From: an uncultured Christensenella sp.
GTDB taxonomy: Bacteria; Bacillota; Clostridia; Christensenellales; UBA3700
Direction of reading: 5' to 3'
DNA length: 64,000 nucleotides
NCBI GenBank assembly: GCA_949287655.1
Contig: CASEHD010000006.1
Location: 9,126-73,125, forward strand
Shown here piece after piece: positions 10,150-18,986 of the stretch. The notes below the pieces were generated by a model. It saw only the letters and a program-made list of their open reading frames with translations, was not told the DNA's origin and made no database searches. Both the position numbers and the translations under genes were made by a program. The first letter of the stretch is position 1; every line of letters starts with the position of its first letter.

Positions 10150-10642
10150 AGAATAATACCCTCGGTAATTATTCTCACAATTCCGCCCCCGCGAAATTCA
10201 TAATCTCATCTCTTTCTTTCCCGCGACATTATATTACAAATTTTAAAAAAGCGTATACTTTTTTCATCAAATTTTCAAAAAATTTTTTACGGTTTTTTCT
10301 CCGCCTGTCTTCCCGCCCGTGTTTTCTCTTCGGACAGAAAAAAAGACTAAATTTTTATACTGTTTACGGATTTTTCGGGACAAACTTTTCTTGATTATCG
10401 GCATACGACGGCTCCGCAAATCAGAGCTGCGCTTTTTATTCTGTTACGTTTTTTATATATCTTGCAATTTGTTTTCACGGCTTATCCGGCTTTTTCTTTT
10501 AAGTAAATTTTCCTTTTTGATTTTTTACCCCTGCTCCGCCACTCCCGGCCCGCGTTTACGCCGGCGTCGGCGCGTGCAAAAAAAAGGACAGACCGCTCAT
10601 AAGGCGCAAAGCGGCGGAATATAATTGTTCAAGGAGGCGTCT

Positions 10643-10921
10643 ATGCAAAACAATGAGAATTCAAAAAAGATTTACCCAAGCGCTCAGCTTGATTTTTCAA
10701 CCGGGATAACTCTGAACGGGATAACTGAGATCGTCTCGTCTTCGGACAAGACTTTCGTTGCCCGCGCGGGCGAGGAAGTGTTGACCGTTCAAGGCGAAAG
10801 ATTGAGACCCAAACTGATAGACATCGAAAAAAACACCGCCGTACTCGGCGGCAGAATATACGCCGTATCGAGCAGCAAACAATTAACGCCCAAAGGCTTT
10901 TTCGCGAAAATTTTCAAATAA
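10643..10921 (+). CDS. yabP: sporulation protein YabP
   Basis: GGAGG RBS 6 nt upstream; about 92 aa with the ITLNG...VSSSD...LTVQGERL...GRIYAVSS pattern of YabP; followed by a yabQ-like gene. Confidence 0.7.
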   Translation: MQNNENSKKIYPSAQLDFSTGITLNGITEIVSSSDKTFVARAGEEVLTVQGERLRPKLIDIEKNTAVLGGRIYAVSSSKQLTPKGFFAKIFK

Positions 10922-10922
10922 C

Positions 10923-11288
10923 GTGACAGAGCCCGGCTTGCAATTTTCAATACTCCTTTCCCTTTCCGGAACAGGTATTGCCGTCGGCGGCGTCCTGGCG
11001 GCGCTCGACTTTGCCGACAAATGCCTGGGCGGCAGACGGTTTTTACTTTTTTTATCGGAATTTACCGTCACGATCGCGGGAGGAGCTCTGATCTGGCTGG
11101 TCGTTCTCTTTATGAACGACGGCGTTTTCAGACTGTTTTTCATTCTGCCCACGGCGTTTTTTGCGGTATTTTGCTATATATGTATTCTGAAATTGCTATC
11201 CCCCCGCATCGAAAAGGCAAAATCTGCGCTGAAACGCTTCAAACGTACCCGCGCGGGCAGTTTTCTAGTCAAATATATTCTAAAATAA
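10923..11288 (+). CDS. yabQ: spore cortex biosynthesis protein YabQ-like membrane protein
   Basis: GTG start 1 nt after the yabP stop; small protein with 3-4 TM segments; conserved yabP-yabQ pairing. Confidence 0.6.
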   Translation: MTEPGLQFSILLSLSGTGIAVGGVLAALDFADKCLGGRRFLLFLSEFTVTIAGGALIWLVVLFMNDGVFRLFFILPTAFFAVFCYICILKLLSPRIEKAKSALKRFKRTRAGSFLVKYILK

Positions 11289-11512
11289 AGCATTTTAACC
11301 GTTTTTTATATATTTTTTACTCAAAATAATGCTAAAACCTAAATTTAATTTTTGATACTTTTCTCAACCTGTTTTTAGTTATTCCTACTTTCTTAAAGAT
11401 TATATATCTGTTAAAAATATCCGATTTGTCCTGTATTATCCGGTTTTAAGCTTCTTTATCCGACCGGCTTAAATAATTACGCGCGTAATATAGGATTTCC
11501 GGCTATTCCGTC

Positions 11513-12160
11513 TTGTGCCGCGCGTTTCCCCCTTTTCTTCCGCTTTTTCCCGGGTTTTCCTTTGTTTATCGGTCTTTCCGGGGTTTTTCTGAACTTTTCG
11601 CCTTTTTACCGGGTTTTTTGCTCAAAAAGCCTTTGTTTACCGATCTTTCAGCCGTTTTTGTCTGTTTCCCCCTTCTTTCCCGTGATTGCCGGTTTTTTTC
11701 GCCGAAACACCGATACAATCTTACTTTTCGAGATTTTACGCTCTTTCCTCCTCTTAGCGTTATCTTTCGGATGTTTTCGAGTGTTTCCGGGCGTTTACCT
11801 CTGTTTTACGCCCGTATATGCCTTTTTGCCCCTGTAAGCCGCTTTTCTCGCCTGTTTCCGCTTGTTTTTCCCTTTTCACGTTTTCACCTTGTTTTTCGGC
11901 GATTTTCCTCTCTTTCGACCTCTTTTCCTTATCTCCCATTCTTTACGGCTGTTTTTGCGGATTTTTCTCCTTTTCCCTTTAACCGTCGCCGCTTTCGCTG
12001 TCTTTAAGCGGTTTAACCCCTTCTCCGCCGATATTTCCTCTTTTTTCGACTTTTCCCGCCCGATTCCTCTATCCGGTTGCCTTTTCACCTTAAAACGGCT
12101 TTTAGAGCCTTATTTCTGCGTCTCTCCCGTTTTTCTCCTTTCCTTAGGCTTTTCGCGTTA
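11513..12160 (+). repeat. helically phased T-tract array (A-poor, T/C-rich on the plus strand)
   Basis: A run of at least 3 T occurs in 16 of the 18 consecutive 10-nt blocks from 11521 to 11700; 11521-11620 contains 50 T and 4 A; degenerate longer repeats such as cctttgtttaYcgRtctttc about 71 bp apart. Confidence 0.85.
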
Positions 12161-12170
12161 TATCGCATAT

Positions 12171-12198
12171 AAAAAGGGCGAAGCCGTCGCTTCGCCCT
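12171..12198 (-). terminator. intrinsic terminator downstream of the TrmH-family gene
   Basis: 10-bp stem agggcgaagc-cgtc-gcttcgccct with a T-run on the minus strand. Confidence 0.6.
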
Positions 12199-12342
12199 TG
12201 TATTTCGGCTGTTTTCACATATTTTTCACCTTTTTCGAGGAGAAACCCGAGACCGGATCTAAACGCGCCGCAGACGTTTATTTCACACCCGTAACGGCTT
12301 TTTCTTTCACGGATCGGCTTCCGCTTTTCTGTTAGAACAAGC

Positions 12343-13212
12343 CTACCTTTTCAGATAGCCTTTGTTTTTCAGACTTGCCTCGTAACATACGACCGTTGCC
12401 GCCACTCCGACGTTCAGAGAATCGCATTTGCCGAACATCGGTATCGAAAGCAGTTTTACGTCCTTATCGTACCAACCGCGCGATATTCCGTATCTTTCGC
12501 TTCCCATCACGAAAGCGCAGCGTTTGCCGTACGGATATTCGTAATAGCTCTTCTCTGCCCGGCTGTCCGTAAGATATATCTCAAAACCTCTCTTCGCCAG
12601 AGCGTCGTAGCATTCGTCGGCGTCCGCAAACTCGACGATCGGAATATTCAGAATGCTCCCCATACTGGATTGCAACAGTTTGGGATGCGTCATTCTGGCT
12701 TTACGGTTGCAGATAAACACCGCGTCCACTCCCGCGCCGTCCGCGACCCTTATCATCGTACCGACGTTTCCCGGAATCTCGACCCCGTCGAGGACCAACA
12801 CCACGCTTTTGTCGGTAAAGGAGATATCTCCCGCTTCCGACATCGAAAAATACGCGATACTCATCACCCCGTCAGGCTTTTCTCTCTCACTTATTTTTCC
12901 GAAAGTCCTGGCGCTTACGGTAAATCTCTGATCGCAGGCTTTCGCCATCTCTTCGACCAGTTTCGCCGCCTCTACGGTATAGACTTTTTCGGGACAGATA
13001 ATTATCGCATGAAGCGGAGAACACGCCTCTACGAGCATCTTGTTGAACCACAGCCCCTCCGCCACGTACTGCCTGGCCGGATTGGGTTTGGAGTTGGACG
13101 AGAGCGCCTTTATGTGCTTGACTATCGAATGGCTGTCTCCGACCGCATAAAACCTGTATCTTGCGGTAACGTCGGATATAATTTCCGCCGCCGCTTCGCG
13201 TTCGTTCTGCAT
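12343..13212 (-). CDS. TrmH/SpoU-family RNA 2'-O-methyltransferase
   Basis: ATG at 13212 with AGAGGTGA RBS; motifs LVLDGVEIPGNVGTMIRVADGAG, VMGSERYGIS and IPMFGKCDSLNVGVA match SpoU methylase motifs 1-3. Confidence 0.8.
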   Translation of the reverse strand: MQNEREAAAEIISDVTARYRFYAVGDSHSIVKHIKALSSNSKPNPARQYVAEGLWFNKMLVEACSPLHAIIICPEKVYTVEAAKLVEEMAKACDQRFTVSARTFGKISEREKPDGVMSIAYFSMSEAGDISFTDKSVVLVLDGVEIPGNVGTMIRVADGAGVDAVFICNRKARMTHPKLLQSSMGSILNIPIVEFADADECYDALAKRGFEIYLTDSRAEKSYYEYPYGKRCAFVMGSERYGISRGWYDKDVKLLSIPMFGKCDSLNVGVAATVVCYEASLKNKGYLKR

Positions 13213-13379
13213 TTCTTCACCTCTTTTATACTTACAAGATACCACACCCGCAGACTATATTCAAGCGTTTACCGCCCGCGCCGGATAAGACCCCCGAAAA
13301 GACTCTTAACAGCCGCCCCGAACTATGCCGCGCTATACGCCGGTAAACACCGTGCCGCCTTTACGCAAAAGATTCTTTA

Positions 13380-13990
13380 ATACCTCCCGGCGCAAGCCCG
13401 TCAAAGTCATCGAAGTTTTTGCAAAATCACCGAAAGCCGGCCCCGTGCAAAGTCTTCAACGCCCTCTAACACGTCGCGTTTAAGCTTTCGCAAAACAAAA
13501 AAAAGCACGATCTTCGACACAACGAAGAGCATCACCGAAGTCGCCGCAGTCCGGGTCCCCTCCGAAAGCTCTCCTTCAATCTTCAAAGCGGCATACCGAC
13601 TCGCTTGAAATCCGTCTTACGCAAGTACTTCGACGCCCATCGAATTAGCTTCCGTAAGCCCGCCGAGATCACGCTGCAGATCGAAAAACGATAAAATCAA
13701 CCCGCCGATTTATTTACGAAAAAAAATTTAACGAATTGCACAACTTCAAAAAAACACAAAACGGAGATACCGCCGGCGATAAACAACGGTTTCGATATCC
13801 GACGAAAGCCCGCAAAACACCGGCGGGATTGCAAACGTACGTTGAAAAAACAAGGCGCGCACGGCTGAAAAAGCAAAAGAGCAGGGAAGGACACGCCTTC
13901 TTTCAACAAAAAGGAATGATAAAATGATCGGTACAGAAAGTAACAGGCAAAAAGAAGCTTTCAAACCGCTGATTTGTCAACGAAATTCCG
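13380..13990 (-). repeat. A-tract-rich arm (T-tracts on the minus strand), left of the 14.0-14.24 kb centre
   Basis: Plus strand dominated by caaag / gcaaaa / cgaaag type A-runs; mirror image of the array to the right of 14250. Confidence 0.5.
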
Positions 13991-14032
13991 CAAAAAGGGT
14001 TAGCAATCGGATTTTGATAATTAATTGTAATA

Positions 14033-14059
14033 AATGTTTCACAAAACCTGTGAAACATT
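14033..14059. promoter_or_regulatory. split parS-like palindrome
   Basis: aatgtttcac-aaaacct-gtgaaacatt: both parS half-sites (TGTTTCAC / GTGAAACA) separated by 7 bp. Confidence 0.4.
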
Positions 14060-14217
14060 GGCAAAAATTTTTTTGTTTTTGAAAAAATAAGCCGATTTTT
14101 GTCTATAAAATTATAACCGGATTTTATGGTAAATCAGACGGTTTTGATAAATATGGTTTATATTATACTCATATATGTTATATTTTAGCATATTTTCGGC
14201 TGGATTTTGTCGAAAAT

Positions 14218-14233
14218 TGTTCCGCGTGAAACT
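14218..14233. promoter_or_regulatory. parS-like site (14/16 match)
   Basis: tgttccgcgtgaaact versus Firmicute parS TGTTNCACGTGAAACA. Confidence 0.45.
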
Positions 14234-14249
14234 TTTTAAAATCGCAAGT

Positions 14250-15650
14250 GACAACGAGTTTGCCAAGGCGCTCAAAAGCCCCCTCTTTTTGCCATGAACA
14301 ACCGCCTCTCCGGCGCAACGCCTCTCGCCGACACTTTATACTGAACGCGTTTTCCGAAAACTCGCCTCAGCGCGACTCCCGGCACTTTTTCCGAATATTC
14401 GTTTCCGCGCCTCGCGCCGATAAGGAATTCGAAAACCTCTCTCTGCTCGTACTATCGTCGGCGGGCAGAGCAACGCCCGTGCAACCAAAACTCTATTTAG
14501 ACGTTCTTTACGCGTTTGCGCTTTTTGCGCTTTTTCTACTGTTTTATAAATTGCATATTATCCGTCTTTATTTCGGCTGCGTCAACGTTGACGTTAAATC
14601 TCCGATCGTTCGTTGCGCGTGTACGCGCTCTTTTTTTGTTTCCTACGTTAAAGCCGAAACCGTCACGATCTTTTTGCAAAACGCTTGCGGCTCGATGCCC
14701 TGACGATTTTGCGCTTATACCGTTATCCTGTAAAATCAGACCTCAAGCGGCATCAATGCATATTTTTTCAAATCGCCTTTATTTATACTTTTTATGCTTT
14801 TTCCTCTGTGTATCACTATACGTTATATATTAACTCTTTCGTTACGCTCTTTTCATTGGTCGGATCCTTTTATCCCCTTAGTCTTTGCGCTTATTTTCTT
14901 ATTCTTTGCTTGTTTGATCAACTTCACCCTCTATATGCTCGCGCAAGGCGTTTTTATCAAGCCGACGGGCTTTGCCCTTAACGACAGGCGAAAGAACGGC
15001 TCAAAATGCTTTTTACACGGTCCGCCGGCTGCGTTTCGATATTCTGCGTTTAAGACAAAGGTTGTTTCTTGTTTTGCACAACCTCGTCGTCTCCTACGAC
15101 GTGCCCGATAAAGATCTGACGTCCTTGTGTCAGCTCTCGCATTGCACCTGCGTTTGTATTGACAGCTCGCCTCTCGCGGAAGAGTAGCCTTATACTTCTT
15201 TCGTCACTTCTTTTGATTGTTACGCCGGCTTTATTCTCGACGGGACTCGCGGCGCTTTTTCACGCGATTTTCTTTATGTTTCACATGAAACAAAGCTTTT
15301 TTTGCGTTTTTGCTTTGTTTTTTCTATTAAATATTCTCGCTCTGTCCTTATCAATGAATTTTGTTTCCGATTTTGCAATTCTTACTTTTGTCTGATGTTC
15401 TTTGCCTCCGGTTTTACTTTGCCGTGCTTTTATTGCGAAATTTAAACGGCTTAAAAATAAATGCGACATGCCGGAACTGTCTCGCGCTCTCCGGATATTT
15501 GACTCTCAAACGGCAGGAGAGGGCGGCTTTCCTTATCCCGTTTCCGGTTTACGCCGTCTTCTTCTTTGTAATCTCTTTCAGAATATTTGCGCTTTACCGT
15601 TTTTTTATGCTCTCGATTTTATTTTGATAATGCCTTTTAATTGCTCTATG
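14250..15650 (+). repeat. T-tract-rich, A-poor array (plus strand)
   Basis: Recurrent cttttt / gttttt runs roughly once per 10 bp; all three plus-strand frames stay open for long stretches because stop codons are rare. Confidence 0.65.
15277..15292. promoter_or_regulatory. parS-like site (15/16 match)
   Basis: tgtttcacatgaaaca versus TGTTTCACGTGAAACA. Confidence 0.55.
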
Positions 15651-15989
15651 TAGCGCGAAGCGTGAAAAATTTCTAAAATTGCACTTGTATGCCTTCTGTG
15701 AAGCTTTTTAAGCCGATACGACCTTCTTTTGCCTTTTTATCGGTATTTTCTCGCGCATACCGACAAAGTATATATCCGTATAACGCCGTTTATCGGCAGC
15801 TTCCTTTCTTTATCTTACTCCCGACAAACAGATGTTGGTTCTATATCCGTGTTATGCCGCAAGCGCTCGGACTTTTCAGACATTATCAAACGGCTCCCGG
15901 TTGTTATACCGTCAAATCTACAAATATCGCGGTAACATTAAACCTTATTACGCTTTAAATCGACCCGTAATCGCCGCACCCGCCGATCT

Positions 15990-16800
15990 TTAAAGCCCGA
16001 TCCGGACTTACGACGACCGCAGCTAATACTTTGCGTATAAAAAGCCGTTACGGCTGGCGTACATTAACGATCTTTTCGTTGCTACAACCGTTATTCGTTC
16101 TCAGAATCGGAAAAGAGCGTTTTCACCAAAGCTTCGGACAATCTGCCAAAGGTCGACGATCGGCAAAAGAGCGCTTAAAGCGAAAACGAACAGCACGCAA
16201 AAGCCGTCTGAAATGATAGCCTCATACCGCAAACGCCCCGGATCGTCCGCGTATATTGAAGGGAATACGCATTTAGCGACATAAAACAATCGCGAGCACA
16301 AAGAAATCGGAAACCGGAACGCCAAAACGCCGGCTTGCTTACAAAAAAGTTGTCGCCCGGTCGTCGAAATATTCTTGCCCGAACATCGACTCACGATTTT
16401 TACGCCGTTCAGACAAAGACCTTCCTTTGAACGTACCGGCAGGTAATTACAACGCCACGGTCATTACCTAAGGAGGCAAAAGTCGACGAATAACACCGGA
16501 ATAATATAGAGAGCCGGCGAATTACGTAAGCCGCGGCACAATAAGCCGGCGTTCTTGTCCGTAACGCCCCGCGACAAACTACGCCTTTTTACCGATTGCG
16601 CATAGGGCAGAGCGAAACATCGCGATCGTCATTCTACATACAGAGGAAAAAGATAGCAGAGCAAGGATTAGCGTAAAAAGTAATCGCGTTTAACGATAAG
16701 CGCGTCGACTTACCTCCGGATCTCCGATACGTCCTCATAATGCCGATCAATAACAGGGCAGCGCCCGTCGTTATGAACGGTTTTTCTTTATAAATCAAAA
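15990..16800 (-). repeat. A-tract-rich arm (T-tracts on the minus strand), left of the DnaA-box cluster
   Basis: Plus strand rich in gaaaag / gcaaaag / cgaaaac runs; polarity opposite to 14250-15650 and 17440-18100. Confidence 0.5.
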
Positions 16801-16816
16801 CAGAATTGTTCAGATT

Positions 16817-17245
16817 TGTGGATAAAATCGCGATACAGGGCATTTTAAACGCCGTTTTACTTATCCGGTCGTCAATTTTGTTTTCAAAGTTTTTTCTGTT
16901 TGAGTTATCCGCATAAACGGTCTTTACCGTATTCTCGCGGCAAGTCTGGCATTGTTGTTGATAAACGTTTATATACTGACCGTTAAGTTTCGCTTTTTGT
17001 CTTCCGCACCTTCCGGGTCGCGGGCAAATTTTGAAACTTTAACCGCTTAAACCGTTATACCCGCGCAATATTGCTTTTACCAATGTGGATAACTTATTTG
17101 AAACGAACGGAAAAGTGCCACATTTTTATCAAGTTTTCGACATTCTTTGATAAATTCGTTAATTTCCGCTATTCCCGACGGTCGTTGTAGATAACTTAAT
17201 TCAAAAACTGTTTCATGTGAAACTTTTTCGAAACCGTTATCCACA
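16817..17245. promoter_or_regulatory. DnaA-box cluster upstream of rpmH with no adjacent dnaA
   Basis: Perfect boxes tgtggataa (16817-16825, 17084-17092) and ttatccaca (17237-17245). One-mismatch boxes ttatccgca (16905-16913), tgttgataa (16956-16964) and tgtagataa (17186-17194). Confidence 0.8.
17209..17224. promoter_or_regulatory. parS-like site (14/16 match) inside the DnaA-box cluster
   Basis: tgtttcatgtgaaact. Confidence 0.4.
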
Positions 17246-17439
17246 ACGCCGTTTAAAGGTCTTTTTTCGTTTTTATACCTGTGTTTCCCTTAAAAAGCGG
17301 TTGTGATTCGGCGAATTTCCGGCATTATTCCGGGTTTGCTTCGTCCGATCGGGAGTTCTTTAAAGAGACAATGCCCCTCGGCTTACCGCGATACGGTTCG
17401 TCTAAGCCTTCTTTTCGTCAAAAAGCAGAAAAGAGCAGG

Positions 17440-18100
17440 CATATTTTGCCCGGTAAACACAACCCGAGACGCCTATATTACACATATTATTTCTTTTTTT
17501 CTGACTTTCGAACTTCTTATACTTTTCGATATTTTCTTTCTTGTCATTTTCTTAAATATCGCGCTGCTTTTTGACTTTACCGCTTTTATTCGCGCACTTT
17601 TGTCCGCTTCGCCTTTATTTACAATTATGAAAACGCAAGAGATGAGAGCTCTTTGCCTTTTATCGCGTTTTCGAGTCGTTTTTTCCTCTTATACTTGTAT
17701 TTTTTATTTGCTGCCCGTTAAAATTACCGTAAAATCACCCGATTCTATGCTAAAAAGGTTTGAAGACATGATTTTATCTTTTTTCGTCCTTGATTTGTTT
17801 ATAAAGGCAAAACAGCCTGATCTGCAACATTTTGCCTGTTAATCGGCATATTATTTTCGTTTTTTGACTTATCCGCATGCTTATCTGCAACGCAATAAAA
17901 ATGCGCCGCCTTTTCCGGTCTGGACTCTGTGTGAACTACATGTCTTCCGCATTTAATACACGTTTGTCCGTCAATATTTCTCTTGTTGCTAATATATCTA
18001 TTGGTTATACGCGCCTTTTTCATGTCCCTTTTTTATTATTTGTTCTGCATTTTCCGTTATCTTTATTCTTTTAATTTTCCCGGACTTTCGGAAACCGGAA
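17440..18100 (+). repeat. T-tract-rich, A-poor array (plus strand)
   Basis: ttcttttttt ctgactttcg aacttcttat acttttcgat attttctttc ... pattern; right arm of the DnaA-box centre. Confidence 0.6.
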
Positions 18101-18712
18101 GAAACCGCATAACCGGCTTTTTATTATTCGTATCCGCATCGGACGGCAAAATGCCGCGATCATCATTTTTAGCGATATTTTTAATAAATCGGTTGCAAAA
18201 CAAATCGTCCGTCATGCAGAACAAGGGAAAAGGGTATCGGCGGAAACAAATAATTGCGAAAAGCCTCGGCTTACTTTTTCTCTTGCCGCTCGGGTCGCTG
18301 TGTGGCTGTCGTACAAGCTTTGCGAATTGTAAAAGGTTCTGATAGATTATGAGAGCCTGAATTTGATTTTGCCGCTTTTTGTAAAACAATTCGACCCGCT
18401 GATTGACAAATCGGTAAGAGTGACCGTAATCGTAAAATATACCGCGACGACAAACTTTTAAACCCGTCATCGTCTCAGGTCGGCAGGATATTATTTTCCC
18501 GGCGAAACAAGTGCGGATTTTCGCGGCGATCATGGTCTCAGGGCACGGGCAGCGATCGGCCGGCTTTGCAAAAAGCCCCGGCTCTTCGCCCTGCGGACAG
18601 AAGCGGACGACAGCGATCGCGAAAACCGGGAGAGTATCCTCTCAGACGGACGTGCCGGCGCGTCTTCTCATGCGCACGCGTTTACAATTTCGTTTATACA
18701 AAGTAAAAATCC

Positions 18713-18742
18713 TTGACACGCCTTCTTTATTTATATTATAAT
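18713..18742 (+). promoter_or_regulatory. sigma-A-type promoter for the rpmH operon
   Basis: TTGACA-18 nt-TATAAT, about 105 nt upstream of rpmH. Confidence 0.6.
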
Positions 18743-18848
18743 ACATTCGCTATTGTGGAAAACAGTTCGCTTTTCGCGCTCTTTTTTCCGCGCCGCACCC
18801 GTTTGCGGAAGCTGTATAACGACAATACTAAAAAGAGAGGATAGATTT

Positions 18849-18983
18849 ATGAAAAGAACGTTCCAACCCAAGAAACGCCAGCGCAGCAAAGTGCACGGTT
18901 TCAGAAAGAGAATGAGTTCTACCGGCGGCAGAAACGTCATCAAGAGACGCAGAAACAAAGGCAGAAAGCATCTCAGCGCGTAA
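18849..18983 (+). CDS. rpmH: 50S ribosomal protein L34
   Basis: [44 protein letters not shown]; GAGAGGA RBS. Confidence 0.97.
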   Translation: MKRTFQPKKRQRSKVHGFRKRMSSTGGRNVIKRRRNKGRKHLSA

Positions 18984-18986
18984 TTT

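Noticed and set aside
11513-12335. Three overlapping plus-strand ORFs (164, 91 and 157 aa) with F/L/S/P-rich translations
   Set aside because: All frames are open only because the A-poor array lacks stop codons. There are no RBS sequences or domains. The same reasoning applies to the ORFs at 14248-15958 and 17281-18342.
12670-13380. 236-aa plus-strand ORF
   Set aside because: Antisense to the TrmH-family methyltransferase gene, with no motifs.
17799-18023. 74-aa minus-strand ORF with NRYISNKRN and CIKCGRHVVHTES, reminiscent of ribosomal protein L33 motifs
   Set aside because: The spacing between the two motifs is too short, the first CxxC is absent, and the ORF runs about 40 codons past where L33 ends. 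It cannot be supported as rpmG without a profile search and may be a relic or chance.
18063-18533. 156-aa minus-strand ORF just upstream of the rpmH promoter
   Set aside because: It has no recognisable domain, no clear RBS and unusual composition. I considered a decayed transposase or TnpB-like gene but could not find catalytic motifs.
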